A DNA stretch of 53,661 nucleotides, the filler included, from Sphacelaria rigidula (lineage: Eukaryota): NCBI GenBank assembly GCA_964200075.2. It is 4 parts of 4 records of this genome, joined end to end, with 100 filler letters (N's around TTAATTAATTAA, not from the genome) between each part and the next. Parts side by side here need not be neighbours in the genome. Positions count along the whole stretch, not along the records: positions 1 to 13,341 come from CAXNAA020002952.1; 3 more parts are not named here. One strand, 5' to 3'. The notes below the pieces were generated by a model, which ran no database searches, had not been told where the DNA came from, and saw nothing but the letters and a program-made list of their open reading frames with translations. Of the stretch, positions 1-13,441 are shown in pieces. Within the stretch, counting starts at the first letter, position 1. The number at the start of each line of letters is the position of its first letter. Position numbers and translations under genes: made by a program.

Positions 1-480
1 AAACGAGACGAGCAGGCAACGCAGCCAGCAGGGGCGACATCGTGCTATTTCACGGTAGTAACGCTGCCGGCAAAACGCACTGTTGTACTGTCTGTACGGT
101 CATGAAGGGGGTGCACGGAGTGCTGCAGCAGCTTGCTGTTACCACGGTACTGTACATACAACATGGGCAACTACTTTTTCACTGTCTGTACTACGCTGGT
201 ATGCGAGGAGTGTGATGGAGCACTGACTGTACCGTTGCGGGTGCGGTGTGCGAGGAATGTGTGATGGAACGACCATTCCCAGACAGAGAAAAGTCTCTGC
301 GAATCGATGGCTTTTCGCAGAGAGATTGAGCAAAATCCCGCTGTCTGCAAATTGTGGCCAGTTTCCATAGACTTTCTGAATGAAAAATGGCCCTATAATC
401 ATGAAAATCGAGGATAAGCGTAAACGCCGACTGAACATTCATAACATTCTGCAAAAGCCCTCACTCCCGGGATCCTTTAC

Positions 481-600
481 CTTGTCCGCGATAGCCTTAA
501 CCTCGGATGGGTAGAACTTCTCGTCCTCACCCGGCTTAGTGATGTAGGTGGGCAATACGATCTCCACAACCGGCGGTCCCCGCCTCGGTTCCTCGGCCAT
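481..600 (-). CDS. First exon of a Tctex1-domain dynein light chain (Tctex2b/TCTEX1D2-like); gene continues left of the exon
   Basis: Manual translation from ATG at 600: MAEEPRRGPPVVEIVLPTYITKPGEDEKFYPSEVKAIADK, then phase-0 donor GTAAAG at 480. The TY..KP...KF.PS.VK.I motif matches the Tctex1-family N-terminus. Not in the ORF track. Confidence 0.75.
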
Positions 601-977
601 TTGTGACGCCCTGAGCTCGCGTTTGAGGCACTACCACTTTAAACAGATACCAGCACAGTGTCTACCGCGTACGCAAGCTTGAAAGAAGCTCTCAATGGTG
701 GATACGGATGAGGGACTGGATCGAGATATCGCCTGTCCCACTAGCCAATGGCAAATGTCCCCGGTAAAACATATCTTTGCGCCGCGTGTGTTTAGTACCC
801 CCTTGTGCGGCAGAACAGGTGCCGTTTCGTGAGTTCCTCCTTTGTAAATCAGCAAGGTTCACCACAGGTAGTCGCCATCTGCATATAGACGGCCTGCTAG
901 GACATTGAAATTCCCGATGGCTTAAGACTAGGTGGACATAGTGCGGGTTAGTAAGAAAAATGGCGCCGGTATCTTCC
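601..977. promoter_or_regulatory. Putative bidirectional promoter/5'UTR region
   Basis: 377-nt gap between divergent ATGs at 600 (-) and 978 (+). No specific motif identified. Confidence 0.4.
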
Positions 978-3900
978 ATGCGGGATATGGGGAGTTCCAC
1001 CGAGCGCGCCCTCAAACTGGTTCCCACGGAGTGCGCCCTCAACCTGCGAGCGTCTCTTGAGGAACTGCGTCGAATTGAAGACCTCCACTGGTGACGAAGT
1101 GCAACCGAAACACATGAACGCGCGCTGTACACACGATACTTGAATTGTTTTTTTTGCGGTTGATCGTCTACGTGAGAGCACCATCATCGTCACCGTTGCC
1201 CTCCCCCCATAACGTAGCCTTAGCCGCAGAAATATTCATGTTCTGGTGGACTTGTTGCAGCACGCTGGGTCTTCCTCTATACAGTCCCAGTCATGCACCT
1301 TCGTGAAAATGAGCGTACAAGTATTCTATTTCGAAGTGCGGCCAAATAACCCTGCTCCACCACACGTTTTTTTCTCGATGCACCAAGGTAGACAGTATCA
1401 TCTAGGATGGGGGAAGAGAAGCAGTACATGACGTGTAGCAATCAAATCCATTTCGCATATTCTCGATACATACACACGGTTTGCGTTTTGTCACCCGAGT
1501 TGGGTAAGATGGCCACAATTTGTTAGCCGGTGCTTGCACCGCAGTCAGGCGTTCCAGAATGCACGGTCTTGCCTTCCTGTGAGTGTCGACTCACTCGTCG
1601 TTCGCAGGGTGGTTGGACACTTGGAGGCCGCGGGGCTGATGGAAGACGGCCAAGTGGTGGCGAGACGTACTATGAACCTTTCAGCCACAGAGGGGCAATT
1701 AGCACAGCCGCTAAACAGTGCTGGGAAGAAACGGGAGCGGGTCAGCTCGACCCAAGACATCCCGGTCGAGGTAGGATATTTTTTGTTGCGTGCATGTGCT
1801 TACGTGCTCACGTGCTCACCTCTCTTGCTCAATGCTACTGAAACGACTTCGTACTCCGAGTCAGGTTGTCTTTTGTTTTGAAAAGGTTTACGCCCACGCA
1901 CAAGACTAACCCCGAAGAATCGAACGGGTACTCGAGCCCTGCAAGATTCTGTGGTGCATGTGCAATCGGAAACACAGGACACATTTCGTGTTCCGTGTGC
2001 CTACGAAACTCTGAGATTCCTCGTTGTACAGTCCCACATATCAGCGCCTGTCATGCGCCCAAGGATAGGCCCAAAGTTCGAGCGATAACTCCTTCTTAGC
2101 TGCACAGAAGAAAGAGCGTCATAGTTTTCGGAAATAGGTCCAGCCGTAGATGACTCAGAAAACATCGCTTGTCTGAGCACATGGCTTCATGGCTTCTGAG
2201 AGCATCGGCTCTCTCTCACTCAGTCCTAGGTGGATCAACGTTGTACGGCGTACCATTAACTCGAGAGCTAAGGGTCCATGTACGCGTTTAGTATTGCCTC
2301 ATGGACGGTGGACCTCGCACATGTCCGAAAAGCCGAAGGTGTAGTACTGTGTGCATGCATCCCATCTTCATGTTTCCGGTCGCACCACTTGATCGCCACA
2401 AAGAAGGCATACCACGTATGCTTCTGTTCACCGGGTTGATCACATCTCTCAACGTTCCACTCGAGGTTCGAGCTCTTCGGAGTTTCCCGAAGCGATCGCC
2501 AAAGCAGCGGTTAGTGAAACGCTTTTTACTCCAGCCACTCAGAAGCACATCGGGATTTTTCTTTGAATGCAACGGCTAGAAAATCACTTCAAAACTTGGG
2601 CTAACCTTTTAACTGCTACGAGCGTTATCTCGAAACAGAATCACTTACTGATGGTCCCTGTTGTGAGCGGTAGAAAGAAGGCTTTTTGGGGAGGGGGGGG
2701 GGGGTCTCAAATCAACTGAGGAGGCCACCGGATTCACCACGCGTGTTTTCAGGAAGGTTTTAGGTCCAGCCGCAGGCCCAGGAGGAAAGCAGCGAACATT
2801 TCCATAGTTTGATTGGTCGATGGTGGCATATGTTCCTGTGCGAATCGCACCTATTCCGAGGCCAAGCTGTATTTGGTTATTTCTGTGGCGAACAGAGTGT
2901 AATTCGAGCACACAAAACGAGGAGATATCTTTGACTTTGTGTGCAGTCTCTGTCGCGCACTCGCCCCCTATTGTGTTGTCAAGTAGCTGAACGCTGTTGT
3001 AGAACACTTTGTAGAGGTTTATACAGCATACGTGGTGTGCAGCAGAGAGCAATGCCAAATTATTCGTTTCGTGCTGTTGTATCTAAACGCTGTGGAGCAT
3101 AACCTCGCTGGACGTTATAGGTATATATATAGTAGTACAGTACAGTACAGTTAAGATGAGACGGGTCGGCGTTGCCCCGAAAATACCACTGCTGCGAACG
3201 CACTGGCAGAGAGTATGTCGTCGGTATATGTCCCTCCAGTAGTGTTACCTAGCGTGCACCACTTGCAAAACTTGTGTCCGGGGGGAAAGCCTCCAGCGAA
3301 CATATGCACTTGCTCCGTTTAAAAATCGGTTAGGGGCTCTTCTTTACCTCAGTCTGGAAATAGGCGTGCTGTGTCACCTGAAAAGCAAAAAGAAGTAGTG
3401 CCGAGCCCAACATACACACGACATCAGACGACCTGGGGGGTCACAGTCAAAGGGTTATGCATCTTAAGCCCATTATTATCGACATTGCTTATTCGGAGGC
3501 CTTCGAATTTTTCGGACAACAGGGACTCTGCGTTCGGGCTTTTCCAACATTGGAGCGGCTTGATTTTTTCTCTGAACCTTCATATTTGGACAAGTTTCAA
3601 AATTTAGGACTGCAACCCAGCGCTTCGGATAATCGCCCTGTGTGTACGCCATGGGGCTGTCAAGCTGTCGACAGTCATCGATGTCCAAAAGTTTCGGAGA
3701 TCTCTGAGAGAACAATGTCGATAACAACGGGCCTTACTGCCAAGACTACAGGCTCGTTCAGGCTTGCCACCCAGCATTGTGTCATTTGCAAATACCTTCC
3801 GCAATACTTACCCAATTGTCGCATGCATAGTATCATATTGACCGCAAGGAACAGAGGAAGAGGATGGCATAGCCGGAGTTTTGTTCAAGGCCATGACGGT

Positions 3901-6900
3901 GGCGCTAAGGGCGAAGTGATATCTCGACCAACCAGTACCGTTCAAATTGTTTGACATGAAACATACGAATTCCCCACCCAGTTTCTACCTAATCTCCATC
4001 CACACCCTTTAAATCGTAGTAAGCAACATCAGCTCGAGAATGCAATGCGGAAAACATATTTGAAAACGGTTACTAGGGGATCGAGTTAAACCTCAAACCG
4101 TGGCATTTCGGTTACGTGCGATTTTGGCGTTGTCGGAGCTGCAATGACGATGAGCACCGAAGATCAGGAAGCCTTCTGACGATTTCCCCTATATCAATGG
4201 TAAAGAAACTCCAACTACCCTCAAACTTGGCAGTTCGCTAGGTATTGGTGCTTCAAATGAAAAACATGTGTTGTTGAACAATACTTCGGTTTTTGTCGCT
4301 CTTTACCGGCTTCCAAAGTGAAGACCCCCGGAAGCCGGTATAAAATTTCTCAAAATTGAAGAGGATATAGTCATGCGTTCCGAGATAGTTAAGGAACGTA
4401 TGCACAAAGTTTGGTCGCAAGACTCGCAAACCTGATGCACCTTTTCTCGCATGAACGTTGAACATACTCAAGGCAGACGTTGTGATGCTAAATCAAGTAG
4501 TTACGGGTTTGCACGGTCCAAGCTCATTTCATCGCAGAAAAGCGCAAATGCCCACGGCGGCTATTGGAGTTAGACTCTGAGTTTTGCGCACATATTCTAT
4601 GGAACTTTACAAAGATTATGCATGAATGGTGGCTTCCGACTTTTTTTCCCCTTCTGCCAGTTATCGGAGGTCCCAGAAGGGCGTGTCACTCCGAAACCTT
4701 GCACACAGTTTCAGTGTCTTAACCCCAAGAAAAGGAGTGAATATTGGCGGATGAGTGAATTTTGGATGATGAGCGTGAACGAGCCTCCATAGGATATCTA
4801 GTTCAAGAGCATTCGGGCATCAAAATTAAGCCAAGAACGTTCGCGTTGGCACACATGTACTCAATATCATGAATTATCTGTTGGAGTCTTGAGCGTTCGA
4901 GTGCGCAAACTGTTCATCTGTCGAATCAACGTAATTTCTACTTGATAAAATAATTTTTTTCTATAGTGGTGGGGGAGAGATGGGTTGATCCCTTGAGACC
5001 ACGGACTCATCCCGAGGAAAGGGAGGGGTTCAAAGTGTGAGGAGAAAAAACAAAAAAAAGTGGTCTACCTACAGGCGGTCAAAGGCGAGACATGGCCCCA
5101 CACTTCAGCTGTACCATGTTTGAATCAGAGTGGTTTCGGTTCATGGCACATATACATGTGAACACAACTTGTATGCGTGTTGTGTAACGAAGAGCTCTGC
5201 CAAGGTCAAGCATGGTTTCCGGGACCACCAACTACAGGGAGTGCCATCGCTGATTCCCAAGAGAACGTACCCATTGCGTGTCGTTAGCGTCAATCGCCGC
5301 GCGTAAATTTTTGCTCGTCCCTACACGTAGGCTTTACAGTTGTGTCGCCATTTCTTTCGCTTGTCTTGGCCTGCTCTACGTTTACCATTCACAACGGCGC
5401 CGTTTGTATAGCTCCTTAATTGAACACGCGGTTGCGTAGTGATGCCAACCAACAGGACCTGAAACGCGTCGTTCGAGAACTGAAGCTGAACACCGGTCAG
5501 AACTTCTGGAAGAATCACGTGACAAGCGAGGATCTGTTCGAGGTCAGCCACATGGGGTTCTTGGGCTATTTTCGACTGTATTTATCTATATGCATGCGAT
5601 CCAGAGTCTAGCATGATGTGCACTGGAAAACTGGTCTATGGTAGGTTTCAAATCGGACGGAGATCTATGAGAAGATGGACGCTATGTTGCGACCCACGTG
5701 CTGTAGTTTTGTTTTTCGTCTCAACTCTAACCCCCTCCGTTCCTCAGGATCAGTCCGTGGTTATAAGGGATCAACCGATCTCTCTCCAGGGACAAGCCTT
5801 ACATTTTGGTATCGTTGATGGGATCAGCACTCCCGCACCGCGCCAACTGTGGTCTGATAATGATGCAGCCAGTCAAACTAGATGCTTTTGCTACGCACGT
5901 CCTCATGGTGTGATACTTTCAACCACGGAAATCAGATACTATCAGTAGCACTTGTGAGGGAAAAGCCAAGCTAGACGCATCTTGAAGAATTCGGACGCCA
6001 TTTTCCCCGACCTCATGGTTCCAGCTGTACCGTCAAACCACTAGGCAGCGGTGGCATTGTTACTGCAAAGTGGTCCAAGTAGCATATCATCGCAGGACGG
6101 CTGGGGTGATAACAGTCCGAACCACTGATTTTTTTTGTAGTTTTCAGCATGTTTTCAATGCTCAGAAGGGAAGAGAAGAATAGCTGTACTGTTTCACGAT
6201 GTTCTGTGGTCGAAGCGTGCTTCTGCACACGAACAGCCTGTTCGGTAGATCGTCTTGCACTCTTTCCCTGTCCGCTCCCCACCGTTACCTTACCTTACCC
6301 AACAACATTCAATAACTATCTACGTCGCACCCTTTGTAGGTCATATTATCTCACTACAAGGCCAAGAATGCAGCCACCAAGGCCTCCATCAATGTATCAC
6401 ACGCTCGCCAGAGGAACGCGCAGTCGAACTACGACACCATCCGACAGGGGCTATTTTCGGCAAGGATACGGCCCGAGACCACGTCACCGGGAGTCGAGCC
6501 GCTGGCTCCCCCTTCTTTTGCAGGAATGCTGCTGAAGGAACGCATCGTCGGGCAGCTGAAAGCGAAGGAGAAATATAGTATGAGCAAAGAATGGCTTCAT
6601 TTTCTCCCCCGAAGCCGTGACGATAGCGGTGTCACTTTACCCGTCAAAGGATGGCGAGATTTTGCAGAAGATTCTACGGCAGGCATACTGTACCTTGCCA
6701 GGGTCGGCAAAAGACGAGACTGGTACGTGATCGCCAGGAGTGCTCGGGCTCTCGTTCGTCGATATTGAACTTCTTACATCAAAAGTCAGTGGCGTTTATC
6801 GATCAATACGTCGCTGTATATTCATCAAGTGCCAAAATATTTGGAACGAGAGTCACTGAAGTGCGAAGTGAAGACACACCCCGCCATCGAAATATAATCG

Positions 6901-9481
6901 ACGCCACTAGGCACAGCTTCGCCTTCCCAGGCTTCTGCTGAAGCACTTGTGCATTCCTTGTTCGCCACGGGTAAATCCACGCTGCGTCACATGCCCCTTG
7001 GGTGTTGCAGAACAGAGAGGGCCGCTGCCACACGTTTCGCACGCTGTCTACACTTCGCAACATCTCACGTTGAAGACAGATTGACGAGGGTTGTACAACA
7101 CGAACCATGTTGCCAACGTGCCCATACGACCCCATTTTAGTTGCACGCGTGTTGTACGCAAGTATTCCACGTGCCGTTCTACCTGAGTCAATCATAAATA
7201 GTACAGATGGCGTGCAATAACGTGAGCCAGCGCCCACCGGTGATACCAACATGTGTGCAGGCACAGCACCAAAGTGATCGCCTTGAGGGGTGGTCTTCAG
7301 AACCTCTCGTCGACGACTGCATGCAAGTCATTCTTTGCTGGAACGGCCACCATGGCGTTTGGACAACACATGTCTTCTGAGGCGTCAAGGGACGACGATA
7401 GGTGATTGCGGCTGAATCGCAGCACCCGACCGACACAAGACAGATGAATTGTTCGAAAGGTTTGCTCCTTTTGCTCCCATCTAATTGTTCCGAATATTTA
7501 TGGACTGACGGCCGGTACGTTGTAGGGGCGGCGATGCAATCCATCGGATACTGGAAAATGACATATGGTGTAGGCGGAAATCGACGAAAAATGCGCCATA
7601 TGCTCAGTCTATGATGTCTTAGCACAAAAATTATCGCCGACAGACTTCTTGCGATGGCCTGTTACCATGATTGAGCGTGGTGATATGACGGCCCGTCCTT
7701 CGTGGATCATTCCGGCGTGTGGTGCCGACCTTGTTCCCCGCACGATGTCAGCACCCACCACACCTTTGTTCTCCACTACAGGAGCGGAATCCCAGGCCCA
7801 TTTGCCATGAAGGTGTTGTGACTCTACGGGAAGCATGAGCTCCAAACTCCAAAAGAGCACATTCCCCTGGTGCACACCCACGTCCCGAGCGCTCTGAGGG
7901 TCAACTGCCGCTCTGTAACGTCCAGAGGCTCCTGAGCGCCTAGTCCTGTGGACCACAGAGTGGTCATCACGCGATAATCCGTTTTACCACCAGCTTCTTG
8001 ACACATGAGGCCGAATAAACTGGGCTATGCGATGAAGAGTGCGATAAGCTTGCTCGGGTTGTGAAAGCAGTGTCAGGTACAGGAAGGGGGTACGAATATC
8101 GCTGGGCATTGGTCGTCAAAAGGAGCTGCGGTACAGAGACGAAGTGTGAAAAGTACTCTGATCCCACTGAAGAGCAGAACACCATGGTTTACCGGCAGTA
8201 CTAATTTTCCACACGAAGCAGCCTCGACGCCCCTCTACGGTCACAACAACCCCTCGAGCGGCACATACTCTCATTCATGACCTCGAATCCCGAAGCGCTA
8301 GCGCCCGCTTCTCAGCGTCTACTGTAGGGTTGAAAACGTTGTCGTTGTCATTGTTAGTGAAACGTACGTTGTTGGTGCTAGATGGTGACTTCGCGTTTGC
8401 TTTGCCCTCGGTCTCTCGAGTGCTTGCTGCGAAGGGTTGAACACCCGATGTATGAAGATGGCGACGCAAGCGACGACTTCTATTCGGCCAGTGGGCATCA
8501 GCTGAGTCGGAGCGCCGGCAAGAGCAAAAGCAGGTGACTGAACTGAGTTCGATCGAACTTTTCAAGCGGTGCTACCGCCATGGGTTGGTGGGATCTCTAT
8601 TAGGCCGCGTTGATGCTATCATAAACTTTACCCTAACGCAATCGCTGTCGTTTTTCTTGTCTCTCGACGGGGTAATTATATATCGTGTCGTTCCAAAGCG
8701 TGTATGAATAGATGTAGGACCGTTGGGTGGCTCAGCCGTGCCATTGATGGTATTCAGGTGGCGTTGCACATGTGACAGACTCTGTTTCGATAGTGGTGTC
8801 TCATACCGCGATTTCGCAGACATTTAGGGATTGTTCATAAAGCAACTCATGACGGCAAAGCCCCTCACAACAGTCCGTCCAAGCCTACCTGGTGTTCTGA
8901 TTTCGTTCACTGAAGGTTATTGTTTGTTATGCTTGCAATGAAGAGCGGAGATCGACGAGGCGACGCCGATGAGGCGAAGGTGTGCGAGGTCGATATACGA
9001 GCTTTCCATTCGACCCGACAAAGGGCCTCTCTTGATGTCTAATGGAGTTCTCGAGGCGCTCGCTGCTCTAAGTGCGGTGCGTCATTTTTCGCGTTGTCTT
9101 ATTCTTCCATGGTCCTTTGTGGATCAATTGTTCAATTGTTGTTAGGCAATCGCTTGGTATGGCAATATGGAGATGGTCCGATACGTCTTCTCTCTGGAAC
9201 TGTGGTGTACCGACACTTCGCTCAACGTGTGGTGTACCGACACTTCGCTCAACGTAAAACCTTTAGCGAATTGTGCTATGCAACGACACCTATACTTATG
9301 GGGTTGGCAGCATTTTTGTTTTTGGTATCGCGTTCGTGTCATTTTTTCCAGTTTTTTTTCTTCCTTTTTTGATTTCCTCATACGCTCTTTTGGGTAGTTA
9401 GCCTGTCACCACGGAAGGCGTCCGCATCAAATGCCCAGTTTAGAGTGCTACTGCGTAGATATCGGAACGGCTTTTAATATG

Positions 9482-9554
<73 letters not shown>

Positions 9555-12500
9555 GCAACAGCAACAGCAACAGCACAGAAACGTCAAGCTTAAAGTAGTG
9601 GTGCGGAGTACCAAAAAGAACTCGCATTCACTTTGCATGTCGACGCGTACTTCGTTCGCGCATTCACATGGTTGACGTTTCGTGGTGTTATCGCCGATGT
9701 CGCTGATTCATCCCGACCTCGCAGGTGGTGGACCCAGAGACGATTCGATACGTTGGAGCGTCTTACCTGAACCTTGCTGGCCTCAATCCGGGCTACGGGC
9801 GAGATATGCTCAAGTGTCAGGTCAAGCTAGCTACCAGTAGTATAGAGCGTCGCTTTGCCATCCGCTGCTTGTGACTCCCCAAGTTCGTGAAGTTGCAAAA
9901 ATTCCAAGAGCCCCACATCAACAGCTTTTGAGTGCCTGCAGAAACTAGTGCGCTGCTCAAGATAACCTTGCTACCACAATACTCCTATTTTGTTTTAAGC
10001 GATGGTTGGTGCGCCTAAAATCTCGCTGAAACAGGTGGTCCGCTGCTTGCATAAGTTGTGGATGTACGCAAAAAATCTAGCGTATGCTCGAAGCGGCAGC
10101 AGCGGCATATCCGGCTCTGTCGACGCCAGCGAAAGTGATGAGGCATGGAGGCAAGTGGAGCCAGACAATGCCTACCCGAGCATCGGTCTAGCTGCGTGCA
10201 ACCGTGGCGTAGCACTGTCTTTCTTTCCAATAGACGATAACTGTCGAATTTTTCTCTGGATACTGCTTCGATTATTCTAAAATTCCGCGCAGTTAGAGTT
10301 CAGCAACACGCGCAACTCATATTGTGCATCTGGCGGAGAACTCTGTGAATCCATCAAGTACACCACGCTCCTACTAGAACGTCCCGAATCGTTGACCGTT
10401 CTCTCATCCAGTAGCCCCCTTGTCGGCTAAGGTTATGGTGGTTGGAAGCGACGGGCAAGAACAGATACCCATTTGCGCGTTTGATGCAGAGTGTCAGTGG
10501 AGAGCTGCAAGCCGCAGAAGCACCATTGTAGCGGTGCCTTACGGCTGTACTCTCGGAACGTCTTGAAGAGAGGCACAGAGAGGCAAACAGGGTGTCCCGC
10601 CACTAAACTCCTGTCTCAGACTAGAGCGTCTCGTTCAGACAAGCAGCAGATCCCCATGAGGAACCAGTTGCATCTGTGCTTGATGTCGGTCGTTTCAACG
10701 TGAACCTTCTCAGGATTCGAAAATGCGGATTGGACGTTGTGCACCATGTAGCGATCGTCATTTGCCACTTGACGATGATTATGGGGTCGGAAACCATCAT
10801 GGTGCAAGATCGTGGACAGGTGAGCTATGCGTCAATAAATGCACACCCGCTGTCTTTGAATAGACAAAAACCACCACCGAAGCATATCCAACAACTCGTG
10901 TGACCTCAAATCTTTGTGGATGGCCATCATTTTGTGATCGACAGGAAATCACGAAGGCATTCGACGACGGCTACGGCATCCAAACTACGCTACGAAAAGC
11001 TCCCGAATTTTAGTGCGGGGTTTTGTCGCATCCGCCCAGGCGCCAACCATGTACTTTAATTAACCTATCCAGCGAACATACAAACACCTCTGAACGTTTC
11101 GGGCGCACATGACAACTCTGTGTAGTAGGTGCCACTTTCCACAACAACTGTACATACTGCGACAGTCCTCAAGACTCAGTGGGCTGTGCGGTCATTGCTT
11201 TGTGACACCCTTCTAAGGCACTTTCGCCCTCATCATCATGCTGAATTCCGCTATATTTCTGATGCAGGAGTGCATAATGTGGTACGTGACTCATAACCAC
11301 GGGAACGAGAGGCTCAGGATGCTGGGCCTGCAGTGCCTCGTCAACTTCCATTTGTACACACCCACTGGAACTTTGCATGAAGCGATATTGCCGTGCCTCA
11401 GAGAGCTCGGGCGTTCGGACAGCGTTCTCATTCGAAGGTCTGGGGTCATTATGTGGTCTTTTGAGTCCCCTTCAGATCGCTACTAGAATAGAGATTGGCA
11501 AAGACGGGCAAGCACGAACATGCGCGTCGTTGTTATATAGCCCTTCGACCCCGAGACCGCTGGAGAAAATACCAATGGAGACTACTGGAAATTGAGATGA
11601 GATAGATCACCACGGCACAACACGTCTGATTGCATGAGCAGGGTGTTGTTGAGCATGCGTATAGAAGCTTGTGTGCGAGAACCCCCCTGGTGAAATGCCC
11701 ACCTCTTCTTTCCATGACTATTTAATCAGACCCATGCATTAAAAGTGGAGTACGCTTGATACCAGTATACCGCCAGACTAAACTCGGGCAGTCCTGGTGC
11801 TTCCAGGGTAGTGCTGGCAAACTTGAAGCGTGTTTCGATGTTGGGCTGCAAGTCACATTGTTTCAAGCGTATTCTGTCCTGCATTTGTAGTGACGACTGT
11901 GCTGTACATGCAGAGTTCACGCGTTTCCCACCAACAACATAAACAGCGCGGTCAGGTGGCCATTGCACTCCACCGCACACACTCTACGCTACTTTTTGTC
12001 TGCTTAGTCGCGTGCAATCTGTACCCCACCGCGCAAAATTGCTTAGCAAGCAGCAGAGGTGAGGGGACAGCGCAACAGCTGCAAGTCTCTCCTTTCTATG
12101 TTTAAATCGCCTAGTACTGACAAGGAAATGGTAGAATAGGATCTCCCTGCAAGAAATTCCAAGTTAGCGCATATTTACAGAGACACGGTCCCAGCAAGCA
12201 CTCGTGATCTGAAGGTCACTCTTGGCCGCCGTTCCATGAGTCCTCAAGCATGCCCAGCTCCCGTCATAACGATCCCGCCCCGCCCGTGCCAATCCAAAGA
12301 GCTGCCAGCTAAACGAACGTTCGGTGAGAAGACTTGTACTTCATATGTCATACTCGCTGTAGATGGGGTGACTGCATGTCAATCGCTGTCGTTGATGCCT
12401 GTCCCTCTCTTGCTCCCCTCCCCCAGCCACCACAACTCCCTGGGGACGAATTCGCAGTCTCAGGGGATCAGCAAATACATTGTAGATCTCACGGGAGTAG

Positions 12501-13038
12501 CTCATCTCGCCCTCGGCACCTGCTTCGCATTGTGATTACGACAAATGAATCAACAGTTCTGTAGCCCATCAATTTTTGTCACATCAGTTTACAGTACCAG
12601 CTTTCGTTCTCGTGTTCTAAAACGACTGATACCGGAATAAATCACAGTTGTCGAGGTTTCAAGCGCACAATTCCGCTCAAACCAATGTCGATGTTGTCAT
12701 TTTTACCACCGAAGCGTGGTACTAAGCAGCATGGGATGTATTGTCACTTGCCGGCACGCTCGATACACGTCTGCTTCCAGGACTCATAATCTCGTACCTG
12801 GCGCCTTGTCTTCAACGCTCCTATACCTTGCTGTGCCGGAAATGCCCGCCATTACCTCGTCAACGCAGCTTTATGGGGAAAGCCATTTCCGCAATAGCTA
12901 GATACAAGCAGGGTTCCACTCAAATGCTGGCTGCGGGAGTATTGGAGGTGTTGGCTGCGCTGCCGGCTGGTGTCCAGAACGGTGACGACGGTGACGAAAA
13001 TGACGAAACGGCGGCTTCTGCTGGAGGCCGCCTCACCG
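978..13038 (+). CDS. Multi-exon gene for an armadillo/HEAT-like helical repeat protein (3' incomplete at contig end)
   Basis: Candidate exons: 978-1090, 1545-1770, ~5440-5542, ~6524-6680, ~8945-9076 (RRRCARSIYELSIRPDKGPLLMSNGVLEALAALSA), 9725-9820, 10035-10150, 10714-10819, 11268-11437, 12781-13038 (AISAIARYKQGSTQMLAAGVLEVLAAL). Phases match for 978/1545 and across 8945-11437. The 'GVLEALAAL' pattern is ARM-like. Several internal exons are unresolved. Confidence 0.65.
4971..5050 (+). repeat. Dispersed repeat (second copy ~17926-18005)
   Basis: gatgggttgatcccttgagaccacggac...ggaggggttcaaag versus gatgggttcatcccttgggactacagac...gaaggggtcaaaag. Confidence 0.55.
9201..9254 (+). repeat. 27-bp perfect tandem duplication
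   Basis: TGTGGTGTACCGACACTTCGCTCAACG x2. Confidence 0.9.
9400..9575 (+). mobile_element. 3' end of a non-LTR retroposon/SINE-like repeat with (AAC)n tail, intronic
   Basis: agcctgtcaccacggaaggcgtccgcatcaaatg... followed by (AAC)n then (AGCAAC)n at 9482-9575. Homologous diverged copy at ~40756-40853. Confidence 0.55.
9725..9820 (+). CDS. Internal exon of ARM-like gene
   Basis: CGCAG| VVDPETIRYVGASYLNLAGLNPGYGRDMLKCQ |GTCAAG; 96 nt, phase 0/0. Confidence 0.65.
10714..10819 (+). CDS. Internal exon of ARM-like gene
   Basis: CTCAG| (R)IRKCGLDVVHHVAIVICHLTMIMGSETIMVQDRGQ |GTGAG; phase 2/0. Confidence 0.65.
11268..11437 (+). CDS. Internal exon of ARM-like gene
   Basis: TGCAG| ECIMWYVTHNHGNERLRMLGLQCLVNFHLYTPTGTLHEAILPCLRELGRSDSVLIR |GTCTG; phase 0/2. 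Confidence 0.65.
12781..13038 (+). CDS. Internal exon of ARM-like gene
   Basis: TCCAG| ...MGKAISAIARYKQGSTQMLAAGVLEVLAALPAG...RLT |GTAAG; lies within ORF 12741..13097. Confidence 0.65.
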
Positions 13039-13341
13039 GTAAGACCACCTCGTACGTGAGCGCTGCTTTTAATAAAGCTGTCGACAATAAGGGTTAACCG
13101 GGACGTTCAATAGTGACGAAAGCGTGGCGGCGCACGTAGCCCTCGCTTGCTGTATTTGGCCAACCAGTAGGATTTATAAATGACCGCGACCGCAACACCG
13201 CGCTCCGTTATGTCATATCAACGTATCGAACTTCTTGGGTGAAACACGGGGGGGGGGGGGGGGGGGGGGCTGCTTGTCTGTTTTGTTTGTCAATAAACTC
13301 TGTTGGTGGGACCCCTCTCCCGCGGCCGGCCTAGCAGGTGG

Positions 13342-13441
13342 NNNNNNNNNNNNNNNNNNNNNNNNNNNNNNNNNNNNNNNNNNNNTTAATTAATTAANNN
13401 NNNNNNNNNNNNNNNNNNNNNNNNNNNNNNNNNNNNNNNNN
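13342..13441. other. Artificial contig spacer (N-run with TTAATTAATTAA)
   Basis: 100-nt N block with a six-frame stop linker. Confidence 0.97.

Noticed and set aside
3400..3954. ORF with faint hAT-like pattern (TTWG...RVMHLKPII)
   Set aside because: It needs a frameshift and no TIR or 8-bp TSD was seen. It could be intron or an unresolved exon of the ARM-like gene.
6803..8823. Chain of minus-strand ORFs suggesting a nested fossil gene
   Set aside because: There are no recognisable motifs, and plus-strand exon-like blocks of the ARM-like gene explain much of the region.
13386..13397. TTAATTAATTAA palindromic motif repeated three times at ~13.4-kb spacing
   Set aside because: It is embedded in N-runs and is an assembly linker, not biology.
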